From: Mobula hypostoma | Taxonomy: Eukaryota | Assembly (NCBI RefSeq): GCF_963921235.1 | Contig: NC_086097.1 | Span: 131,938,001-132,002,000 of the forward strand | Length of the DNA stretch: 64,000 nt | Direction of reading: 5' to 3' | Shown: positions 40,075 to 50,662 of the stretch, one piece after another | Layout of the letters: every line of letters starts with the position of its first letter | How positions within the stretch are numbered: the first letter of the stretch is position 1 | Position numbers and translations under genes: made by a program | The notes under the pieces: generated by a model | The model's database searches: none | Seen by the model: only the letters and a program-made list of their open reading frames with translations | What the model was told of the DNA's origin: nothing

Positions 40075-41515
40075 TTAAAACATGGAACAATAATGGACAG
40101 GAATAGGCCATTCGGCCCACCATGTCTGTGTTGACCAATCTAAACTAATCCTATCCATCTCTCCACCGTTTATATCTCTCCGTTCCCTGCCTGTTCATAT
40201 TTTTGTCAAAATGGCTCTTAAACATTGCTATTGTACTGTGTTTGCTTTCACCACCCGCCGTGACAGAGTGTACCAGGTGCCTACTATTCCCAGCATAATA
40301 AATTTGTCTTCAGTTTCCTCCTCTCAACTTAAATCTATGTTTTCAAGGCGGAGCTTAGGAGGATAATGGTGCCTAACGGCAACTCCTTTGCTTGCATCTT
40401 TGGAAACAGCTCTATTTCTACCTTTAATATCTTTATTTTGCCCTTTCAGGATTCTTTTGAAGACCCTGACCTGGAGTTACATGCAGGCTTCGGTTCTTTG
40501 CGGGAATGGGACCCGTTCTCGGGGTTCCACGATTGGCTGTTATTCGACATGCCAAGGGTTTGGCCTGAGAGTCTCGATCGTGTTCGGAAGCCTCAGATCT
40601 CAGGGCTCTGGAGACGGGCGGATCGAGGGTCGGTGTCAGGGCAGGAGACTCGTGAGTCGTCGGGGAGGCCGAAAAATCTTTCACTGTGGGCCCGAAGACC
40701 CAAGGTCTTTGCAATCTTCGGACACAGAGCTCGAAAGAAAATGACGAAACGGACTTTTAACATCATAAACCAGCGGGTTGTTGTTATGTCTCCCGCTCGC
40801 TGTGAAAATGGGGGACACCTTCCTCTCCCTTGATAGGGAGAGAGAGAGAACCTGTAGTTTGTTGAACGTTGGACGCAATGCGAAGCCTGTGGGGTAACTT
40901 TGGTCTGTGTCTTTGCTATTGCTTAGCACACGTTTGGGCTCGGTGATGGTATCAATGCACTTTTTTGTGCCGGTGGGGTGAGAGGGATCGTTGCTCGCCG
41001 CTGCTTACATGCGGGAGGGGAGATCTGAGGGGTTCTTTGGGGTTCTCACGTTTAACTGTTGTTCATCCTTTGGGGCACTTCTCTGTTTTCATGGATGTTT
41101 GCGAAGAAAAACCATTCCAGGATGTATATCGTATACATTTCTCTGACATTAAATTCGACCTTTGAACCTTTGAAGTATTGATATTTCCACCTGGGCAAAA
41201 AGACTCTGACTATCTGACTTGTCTATGCCTTTCATGATTTTAATTATTTTTATCAGATCACCCTCAGCCTCTGACACTCCAGAGAAAACAATTCAAGTTT
41301 ATTCAACCTCTAATTACAGTGAATCTAGGAAACATCATGGCAAATTTCTTCTGCATCCTCTCCAAAGCTTTCGCATCCTTCCTGTAATGAAGTGACCAGA
41401 ACTGCACACTGTAATTGAAATGCGGCCGAACCAAATTTTTAGACTGTCCAACTTCTATACTCAGTGATCTGACCAATGAAGCCAAGCATGTGGTACACTT
41501 TCTTTATGGCCCTAC
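40075..41515 (-). mobile_element. CR1 3' fragment split by family B copy 2
   Basis: CTTAAATCTATG at the left resumes as GTATTGATATTTCCACCTGGG at the right. LVRPHFNYSVQFWS remnant. Confidence 0.7.
40346..41173 (+). mobile_element. Non-autonomous retro-element family B, copy 2
   Basis: Collinear with 3546-4368. Tail ATTAAATTCGACCTTTGAACCTTTGA. Confidence 0.85.
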
Positions 41516-41810
41516 TTTTATGCCTTATGAGGATAGGTTGATCGAGCTAGGGCTTTTCTCTTTGGAGTGAAGGAGGATGAGAGGTGACCTGATAGTGGTG
41601 TACAAGATGAAAATATACATAAATAGAGTGGACAGCCAGAAGCATTTTCCAAGAGTGGAAATGGCTAATGTGAGGGGGCATAATTTTAAAGTGACTGGAG
41701 TAAGGTATAGCGGGCAATCAGAGGTAAGTTTTTTTACACAGAGTGGTGAGTGTGTAGAATATTTTGTCGGGGTGGTAGACCTATTCTGGTGTTATCTTCC
41801 ATGGCAAGGT

Positions 41811-41964
41811 ATAAACACAAGAGATTCAGCAGATGCTGGAAATCCAGAGCAATGCACACAGTGTCCTGATGAAGGGCCTCGGCCTGAAAAACTGACTGTT
41901 TATTCATTTCCACCGATGCTGCCTGACTTGCTGATCTCCTCTAGCATTTTGTCTGTGCGTGGCT
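41811..41964. mobile_element. Mini Penelope insertion (short inverted arm plus terminal repeat) with 14-bp TSD
   Basis: TTCCATGGCAAGGT at 41797-41810 and TTCCAAGGCAAGGT at 41965-41978. Contains CTGATGA..GAAA. Confidence 0.8.
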
Positions 41965-42509
41965 TTCCAAGGCAAGGTGTTAGGTTGAGCCTGTTATCAC
42001 TCCTGTGTTAACTGCACGATGTGGCTGCACGCAATGTTAAGTACTTGCTATTCCCCCTGAATAACTTCTGTGCCCTGCCTAACATGGTGAATGAAATGAA
42101 AGAAACACAAAATGTGTGACAACGAATCATTGGGATTCACAGTGGGTGACCAAACCACAGATGTAACAAAAGATAATCTGGAACAATATTAGCTTTGCAA
42201 AATTGCAGCAGCTACCAAAGCTGCTGGTGCCATCTGTACCCACTCAAGCTGCGGGACAGATGTCCCATCAAACCCCTATCACTTCACATTTTAAGTTTAT
42301 TTTAAAGATAATTTTCATTGTGATTTTGCACACCCGTATTTGTTTCAGTCCTCAAATAACTGAAGTCTCATCAAGTGGATGGTGTGAAGCAAATCTGATG
42401 ATCAAACAACTTACATGTGTGTGCTGCCCAGGTAACATTTTCCATGTGGACACATGGGACTGCAGGTGCTGGAACCTGGATCAAAAATATTTATTACGTC
42501 GTGATATAA

Positions 42510-42960
42510 ACATTGAATTAACAAACCCTTGGCAAGTATTCCCGCTCTGTCCCTTTCTCCTTATTCTCTCCCACTGGCTCCCATCATCCTCTCTCTTTCC
42601 CACCCCCCCCCCCATATGTTTATCATCCACACGCTCCTCCAACTGGCTCCCTTGCCCATCGCCTTTCTTTTGTTCCTTGCTTCATCTTCTTGTGCCATCA
42701 GATTTCATCATCTAGTGACTTCTGCCTGTCATCTTGCAGCTTGCGATCTCATTCCCTCCCTCATCGCCTGACAGAGACCCTCACCTGGACCCATCTGACA
42801 GCTCTTGCTCCACCTCTTCCTCTCACTTCTTTATACTGGCTACTTCGCTTCTGTTTTCTGTTGCAGATGAAAGGTCTCGACCCAAAACATTCACTGTCCT
42901 TTTCCTTCCAGAGACTGTTGTCTTAGCCAGAGCTCCTCCAGCGATACGCGTGTGGTAGCA
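42510..42960 (+). mobile_element. Degenerate Penelope terminal region
   Basis: Pyrimidine-rich tract followed by CAGATGAAAGGTCTCGACCCAAAAC, a decayed hammerhead. Confidence 0.55.
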
Positions 42961-43726
42961 TGGTAAAAAATGAAATGGAGAAGGAGAAGGGAGAGGAAAA
43001 TGTATATTTAAATACACACTGACATCACAATGTTCATTACCACAGTTAATGGTACACCAAATGCTTCTTGAACTGCTTGTACTGTAGATGATGTTAGTCA
43101 GGGTGGCATTCACAGACCGTTCCTACGTAACCTAAGAAGAGTCGTCATGTTGCGAAGGAAATCTCAGGATGTGTAAAACTAGGAATTCCAGGGTTTGGCT
43201 CGTGTAGATCAAAGAGAATTTTGTTTCTTTCATGGGACACAGATGCTGCTGTTGAGGCCGGCATTTATTGCTCATCCAGCTAACTCTTGAGAAGGTGGTG
43301 GTGGGCACTTTGCTCTTGAGAACCTCACATTCCACTCTTAGGATTCCCATCGTGCAGCCAAATGCAGAACTTGAGGAATTTGATGCAGCAATGATGGCAA
43401 TTGCGCTTGACTGGCTATGATGATGGTTACTGCTGCTACCTCACAAATCCAGGAACCTGCTCTTCATCCTGAGCTTGGGCGTAGAGGTTATGGGCTTTAT
43501 TTCGTGACTGCATGGGTTCCACGCACATACTGGAAGATCAAACGGCAAATGTAAGTTACAACTAGTCGTCTAGTGGTCAAACGAGTTGAAGGGAGAGAAT
43601 AAGTTGAAAGGGTATGGGTGAAAATAAATGTGACAGAGGTTGGGATTCTTGGTACTACTACCCTGGGAGCTGACATGCTTACAATGGAACGAATGGTCTC
43701 CTGTGTTATGTTAATTTCCGAAAGAT

Positions 43727-44018
43727 AACACAAAATAATCTGCAGATTCTGGGGTCAAAGCAACACTCACAACATGCTGGAGGAACTCAGCAGGTCGGGC
43801 AGCATCCATGGAAAAGATGGGTCGACGCTTCGGGCCGGAACCCTTTGTCAGGACTGTAGAGGGAAGGGGCAGAGGCCCTGTAAAGAAGGTGGGGGGAGGG
43901 TGGGAAGGAGAAGGTTGGCAGATTCCAGGTGAAAAACCAGTAAGGGGAAAGATCAAGGGGTTGGGGAGGGGAGGCAGGGAGGTGATAGGCTGGAAAGGTG
44001 AAGAAAGAATAGGGGAAA
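43727..44018 (-). mobile_element. Penelope terminal repeat (same subfamily as 46594-47172)
   Basis: Highly similar to 46594-46885. Hammerhead core mutated (CTGACAA, GAAG). Confidence 0.85.
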
Positions 44019-44333
44019 CCTGCCTCTCCACCAATCTTCATTGCAAACTTGGCAACAAAGCCATCTATTCCATCATCTAAACCATCTATATACAGCATAA
44101 AAAGAAATGGTCCCAGCACCGACCCCTGCGAAACACCACTAGTCACTGGCAGCCAACCAGAAAAGGCTCCTTTTATTCCCACTTGCTGCCTTCTTCCAAC
44201 CAGCCACCATGCCAGTAACTTTCTTGTAATACCATGGGCCCTTAACTTGGTAAGCAGATTCATGTGTGGCACCTTGCCAAAGGCCTTCTGAAAGTCCAAA
44301 TGTACAACAACCACTGCATCCCTTTATCTACCC
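44019..44333 (-). mobile_element. Internal CR1 RT fragment abutting the Penelope repeat
   Basis: VVHLDFQKAFGKVPH..VTSGVSQGSVLGP..FVAKFA. Confidence 0.85.
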
Positions 44334-44699
44334 TAAATTAATACACCAATTACCAATTAAGGTGGGAGCGGATCAGTGAACTGCCTCAGTCTCTTCCCCC
44401 TCCATCACCTCTTTATGCTAGGTATCAATGTGTTTTTTCTCCGTGGAAAGTCATGGAAAGCCATCAGTGGGTTGTGCAGCCTCTGTGGAGGAAGAGGAAG
44501 GAATTGTCCGTATTTTAGGTCAAAACCCTGCATCAGGGCGTTTTACATAAAATTTGGCATGAAAATCTTCAAGGTTGGTTAGAGCTCATCCTGTCTGGTT
44601 ACTGTTTCAAAACCTGAATCTCTGCCTGCTCCTGATGGGCAAAACTTGTTTCTGCGCTCAATCCGGAAATGCGCATGTGTCATTATTCAGATTGAAGCT

Positions 44700-45012
44700 C
44701 CCGCTGGAGCATTGACTGTCTGAGTTAGGGCGTCTCTAGTCAGAGATTAAACTGAGGTCTTTCATGCAGGGGATCAGGGGACATCCCAGTGTTGTGGCCA
44801 AGATATATCCCAGTCACCAATATAAACAGCAGATTATCCGGTTATTATCATATTGTTGCACAGGGGAGCTCGTTCCCTGTGAGTTGGCTGTTGTGCGTTT
44901 CCACATTACCACAGTGAGTAAGTACACTTCAGCATTGTTCATTGGATGTAGGGTGCTTTGGAATGTCCTCGGGTCATGAGAGGTGTAATATAAAAGCATG
45001 TCGTTCTTTTGT
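44700..45012 (+). mobile_element. Ancient DeuSINE (SacSINE1/AmnSINE1-like) body and tail
   Basis: TTAAACTGAGGTC..GTGGCCAAGATATATCCC..CAGATTATCCGGTTATTATCATATTG..TTCATTGGATGTAG..GCTTTGGAATGTCC resembles the recalled Deu-domain and SacSINE1 tail. Confidence 0.65.
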
Positions 45013-46181
45013 TTTCTTCTGTTTATATTACTCTCTGTTCAACAGACGAGATGGCTGCTAATTAAATCTGATGAGCAGCCTAAATCGGAAACTTGCCAAG
45101 GCAAAGGGTGCGAGAAGTTCACTGAGACACATTGCTTATTATGTGCAGTCTTTCAGGCAATAGCACCAACATCAACATTTTAATCGCCTTTTGTCTGGGC
45201 CTAATTTATTAAAAATGTGTACCGTTTTCTTTAAACCTCTGGCATTTAAAGGGGTTCTTTTCTTTTCAGTGGAATGCCACAGGTCAAATATTCCCAAAAG
45301 ATAACCATTGGGTATAGGATTCCCTGCATCCAGTTAGAAATGAGTTATCAATATATGTAATTAACACACAATTATCATTTGCTCTTCAGCTTTGTCAATG
45401 ACTTGAAGTGTAATTGTAGTCAATAAATGCAAGACAATCAGTTCCTGATATTAAGAGATGTAAAATATGAATAATTTATACCATATGTCATAAAAGTATG
45501 AGAGGCTCCAAGACAGTTATCTACCCTTGGGAACTTAGCTTCAGATTGATCTTTGGAGCCTCTGAACCTTTCAATCAGGTCAATGATCTCTCTACACTCA
45601 CATATCAATTGCTATCATATTATCCTTAATTAAAGCAATTGAGTACTCCCTGTTACAAATAGTGGTTGTGCAGATGAAGCTTTCTCTAGTGTTTGCTGTG
45701 TTGCTCCCCTCATAGAGCCCTCAACACCACATTAGTTTTCCTAATTGACATCACCTTAATGCATTGACTCAAAAGTGTGCTAGACTTTATCGTAAAAGTC
45801 ACTCACCTGAAAAGTTTCCTGTTTAGTAGCTGGGATCCTTTTTCCTGTGTGGGGGTTGTTGGTGGTGGGTGGAGACATCATGTAGATATTTTTTCCCTAT
45901 GAACTAAGGCCTTACTAACTCTGACTTAAGATTGCCTGAGTGGGGGAGACATTTCTGCAAACATGGTGAAGATTTGTCCAAGTTCATTCAAACTTTGCAT
46001 GACTAGGCTGTCTGGAGCGGGAAACAACGGGAAACCACTTTAAAATCAAGCAAATTCTAAGATCAAATATCCCAGTGTATCAGCATCTGGAATGAGCTGC
46101 CAGAGGAAGTGGTTGAGACAGGAGTAACAACTGTATTTTTAAAGACATTTTGTTAAGTATATAGATAGGGAAGGGTTAGAG

Positions 46182-46261
46182 CACAGTTTCCCAGCCTTTA
46201 TTGTGCCAAGGACCCCTACCATTAACCGAGGAGTCCGTGGGCCGCAGGTTGTGAACCCCTG
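46182..46261. mobile_element. 80-bp hAT-type MITE, copy 2, inside a CR1 3' end (about 46075-46395)
   Basis: Imperfect CAGGGGTTC.CAACC-type TIRs. Perfect 8-bp TSD GGTTAGAG at 46174-46181 and 46262-46269. Confidence 0.88.
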
Positions 46262-46593
46262 GGTTAGAGGGATATGAGCCGAACTTGGGAAATGGAACTA
46301 GCTTAGTTTGGCCCCTTGGTTGGTGTGAATGAGTTGGGCCAAAAGGCCTGTTTCCATCCTGTTGAACTCTATGACTTAATGACACTATGACTCTGTCTGG
46401 CAAATATCATCTAGCGCAGTCATTATATAATTCATAAACTATTATTTCCTTCCAATCAGTTCCTTCCTCAAATCCCAATATTTTCAAAAAGTTAAGACTT
46501 TCAAGAAAACTTTAGACAATAATCTCATCTTTTCCTCAGTTAGCCCCAGAGGAAGGTGTTGAGGAAATTCAGCCATTTTGCCTTTTATGGGAA

Positions 46594-47172
46594 ACACAAA
46601 ATACTCTGCAGATGCTGGGGTCAAAGCAACACTCACAACATGCTGGAGGAGCTCAGCAGGTCGGGCAGTATCCGTGGAAATGATCAGTCAACGTTTCGGG
46701 CTGGAACCCTTCATCAGGACTGAAGAGGGAAGGGGCAGAGGCCCTATAAAGAAGGTGGGGAGAGGGTGGGAAGGAGAAGGCTGGTAGGTGCCAGGTGAAA
46801 AACCAGTAAGGGGAAAGATCAAGGGGTGGGGGAGGCAAAGCAGGGAGGGAATAGGCAGGAAAGGTGAAGAAGGAATAGGGGAAAACACAATGGGTAGTAG
46901 AAGGAGGCGGAACCACGAGCGAGGTGATAGGAAGCTGGGGGAGGGGGAGGGAATTACCGAAAGTTGGAGAATTCAATGTTCATGCCAAGGGGCTGGAGAC
47001 TACCCAGATGGTATATGAGGTGTTGCTCCTCCAACCTGAGTTTAGCCTCATCATGGCAGTAGAGGAGGCCATGTATGGACATATCCGAATGGAAATGTGA
47101 AGCAGAGTTGAAGTGGGCGGCAACTGGGAGATTCTGTCTGTTGTGGCGGACGGAGTGGATGTGCTCGACGAA
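46594..47172 (-). mobile_element. 5'-truncated Penelope-like element with 14-bp TSD
   Basis: GIY-YIG C-terminal remnant (DMSIHGLLYCHDEAKLRLEEQHLIY) plus terminal repeat. GCCTTTTATGGGAA at 46580-46593 and GCCTCTTATGGGAA at 47173-47186. Confidence 0.9.
46685..46722 (-). ncRNA. Minimal type-I hammerhead ribozyme motif (intact core)
   Basis: Minus strand reads CAGUC-CUGAUGA-A-GGGU(UCCA)GCCC-GAAA-CG-UU-GACUG: 5-bp stem I, stem II and palindromic AACGUU helix III. Confidence 0.8.
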
Positions 47173-47489
47173 GCCTCTTATGGGAACATGTGAACACTAT
47201 CTCTACCAATCCACATTGATTCACCTTTCCTCCCCACTCTTAATAACAAAAAAACTATCAGACTCTGAATTAATATTTTCAATTTATTTCCGTATCAGAT
47301 TTCAGATCTCCAATATTCTTTGTGTGAATTTTTTTTTAAAAAGGCAGAAACTCTCAGCAGGTCAAGCAGCGTCGGTGAAATGAGAAACAGTTAATGCTTC
47401 AGGTCTCAAATGAAGAGAAAAGCAAGTTAGTTTTCAGTTTCAAAGAAGATGGGGGAGGGATGGGTAGAACAAAGAGATTATCTCTGATA

Positions 47490-47661
47490 TAGTAGTAGTA
47501 GTAGTAGTCATACTTTATGATCCCAGGGGAAATTGGTTTTCGTTACAGTTGCACCATAAATAATAAATAGTAATAGAACCACGAATAGTTAAATAGTAAT
47601 ATGTAAATTATGCCAGTAAATTATGAAATGAAATAATGCCAGTAAATTATGAAATGAAATA
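47490..47661 (-). mobile_element. Rex1-type 3' tail with (CTA)n end and a 26-bp tandem duplication
   Basis: (AGT)n at about 47490-47508. ATGCCAGTAAATTATGAAATGAAATA occurs at 47610-47635 and 47636-47661. Confidence 0.6.
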
Positions 47662-48930
47662 GTGGAAACCAAACTGACTAATGTCGCAAGTAGATGCAGA
47701 TTATGCTTCTTTGTCTATGTTATATGTTGATTATAGCAGGGTTATGGGATATGCTTAGTGATTCACCTATACTAATAGAGAGGATAAAAATTGAAAATAG
47801 ATCACTGTCAGAAATGATTAATTTTGACACAGGCAGAAATAAACAGTGAGCCACCAAAAGTGTGAGAATCTGATATTTGTTCCTTGCGTCAAAAAACATT
47901 CCCAGCATTGGTCTAATAACCTTGTTCTAATCTTGAATAGTTCCACATTAAGAAGAAATAAAGTCTAAACATCAAAATTTACCTCATGAGAACTTGCACC
48001 TTAGTGTCTGCCTGTACTGCACTTCCTCTGTAACTGTTACACTTTATTCTGCATTCTATTATTGTTTTCCCCCGTGCGCTGTAGGAATGAAATGGTCTGT
48101 ATGGATACTTGCAAAATAAATTTTTTACATGTACTCTGGTGGATGTAACAATAATAAACCAATTTACCGATTCACTAGTTTGCACTTTTCGGAAACTCTT
48201 CTGGATACCTTAGTTTCTGTCCATCTTTCCCTTAATGGATGAGATCTTAAGTAATACAATAAGAAGCAGACTATTTGGCTAAATTCAACCAAGAGGTAGC
48301 CCAATTTGCTTGGACTTCATCCATATCCTTCTAAACCTTTCCTATCCATATCTATATATAGTGAACTTATTTTATCAGATCTGCTGACATTGAACTGCAG
48401 GTATGTTTCATCTCAATCTAAAGTGCATGACACTGGATAGTGGCAGGATCTTACCTGACATAACGCTAGCCCATGAGAAGGCCAGAACAAGCATTGTGTC
48501 CTTACTTTGCAAGCCAACAGATATATCAGTTATTTTGAGTGCCCCTGAATTCAGTAAACATTAAAAAAAACTATTAATAAAATGTAAGTTATAATTTTCA
48601 AATCACTAAAAATCAAATCACAAGTATGATTTAAAAAAACTTAAAAGTATTAGAACTAACTCAATTAAATAGCAAAATATATTCTACCATTTTACCTTGC
48701 TGCCATTCCTCTTTAGCTGAAAATTCCTGGGCCAGGTTCACCATCCAAGGTCCAATGTAGAGACATAATTGTGTACTTGCTGCGACATCAGAGCCAGCTG
48801 GTTTGGGACTAGCACGTTTAATCCTGAATTATTGGGAAATGGGCAGTTCTGTTTGGAAATGCTGGCATTTTGGTGTAGAGAGCATATGGCATAACCCAGC
48901 AAGTTTCAAACTGTATGTTTCAATGGCTTG

Positions 48931-49166
48931 CAACACATATAAAAATTGCTGGTGAATGCAGCAGGCCAGGCAGCATCTATAGGAAGAGGTACAATCGACG
49001 TTTCGGGCCGAGACCTTTCGTCTTGACAGACCATCCTGATGAAGAGTCTCAGCCTGAAACGTCGGCTGTACCTCTTCCTATAGATGTTGCCTGGCCTGCT
49101 GCGTTCACCAGCAATTTTTATATGTGTTCCTTGAAATTCCAGCATCTGCAGATTTCCTCCTGTTTG
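48931..49166. mobile_element. Palindromic mini Penelope insertion with 15-bp TSD
   Basis: About 95-bp inverted arms with back-to-back hammerhead motifs. TGTTTCAATGGCTTG at 48916-48930 and 49167-49181. Confidence 0.9.
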
Positions 49167-49294
49167 TGTTTCAATGGCTTGATTAGATTGCTCCTTTATA
49201 TTTCTCTGCAAGCTTCACCCAGGCAATTTAACCAGGTAGGGTCTCATTTTAAAGAATCTATGCTCAAACACCCCCAAACAGTGTAGATTATTTG

Positions 49295-49920
49295 CTAATT
49301 CCATCTACACGTTTGCAGATGATACCACTATAGTGGGCTACATGTCAAATAACAATGAGTCAGAGTCCACAAACAAGCTGGTGTTTGACTTCAGGAAGGG
49401 GGCTGTCCACATCCTCATGTCTACATCAACAGTATTGAGGTTGGGAGCTTCAAGTTCCTAGGTATGAACATCACCAATAGTCTGCCCTGGTCCAACCATA
49501 TGATGTCACAGCCAAGGAAGCTCATCAACGCCCCTACTTCCTCATAAGGTTAATGTTGACTCATCAATTTTTGTTTATACTTCCCAGAAAGCACTCAGCC
49601 TTGATGCATAACGGCTAGGTTTGGCAACTGCTCTGCAAGTGACCACAAGAAACTGCAGATTAGTGTGGACACAGCTCAGCACACTGGAGGAACCAGCCTC
49701 CCCACTATGGACTCTATCCATACTTCCTGCTGCCTCACTGAAATAGCCACCATATTCAAAATCCATCCTCTTCTCTTCTCTTCTCTTCTCCCCTCTCCCA
49801 TTGGGCAGAAAATACAAAAGCCTGAAGACACATACCTGCAAAGATTTGATCTGTATAAACAGTATGCAAGCTAGCTTTTCACTGTGTCTTAGTACATATG
49901 ACAATAATAAACCAATACCA
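49295..49920 (+). mobile_element. Rex1-type LINE 3' part
   Basis: IYTFADDTTIVG..VFDFRKG remnants and a GACAATAATAAACC tail. Confidence 0.75.
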
Positions 49921-50084
49921 AGCAAAACACCCTTTTCCGAACTTCTCATCACCTTTCTGAACCAAGACTAACACGTTCTTCCAGAGAAATGCCCAGAACC
50001 AAATGTTGCATTTTAAATAAAATCAGGTATTTGGAACTGTGCCAGGGAATAATCTACAGTACTGAGAGACCGCAAGTCAATCCG

Positions 50085-50662
50085 ATGCAATCTCCACTAC
50101 ATTGGCGTGATCCAACATAAATCGGGGGACTGCTTTATTGAGCACCTCCACTCCATCCACCCAATGTGGAATTTCCTGGTAGCCAACCATTTTAATTCCT
50201 ACCCCAATTACCATTCTGACATGTCAGTCCATGTCATGATGAGGCCGTTCTCAGGGTTGAAGAGCAACGCATTTTATTCTGTGCAGGTAGTAATTTTTTT
50301 GTTCCCTTCCCTCTTCTTATATTCCCCACTCTGACCTCTTACCTCTTCTCTTCACCTACTTATCACCTCCCCCGATGCCCCTCCTCTCCCCTTTCTCCCA
50401 TGGTCCACTCTTCCCTCCGAACAGATTCCTTCTTCTCCAGTCCTTTACCTTTCCCACCCACCTGGTTTCACCTATCACCTTCTAGCTTGTCCTACTTCTC
50501 CTTTACCCATATTTTTATTCTGGCATCATCTCCATTCCTCACCAGTCCTGAAGAAGGGTCTTGGCCCAAAGTATTGACTGTTTATTCATTTCTAGCTGGA
50601 GTTCTTCCAGCATTTTGTGGGCGTTGCCCTGGATTTTCAGCATCTGCGGAATCTGTTGTGTT
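50085..50662 (+). mobile_element. Penelope-like 3' fragment
   Basis: YIG..GDCFIEHLHSI..VANHFNS..HSDMSVH, plus a terminal repeat with a decayed hammerhead at 50543-50580. Confidence 0.8.

Noticed and set aside
40366..40833. 155-aa ORF in family B as a novel protein
   Set aside because: The frame is not preserved in the 3546-4368 copy and no domain is recognisable.
42203..42715. 170-aa ORF
   Set aside because: It spans unique sequence and a degenerate Penelope pyrimidine tract, and no protein family is recognisable.
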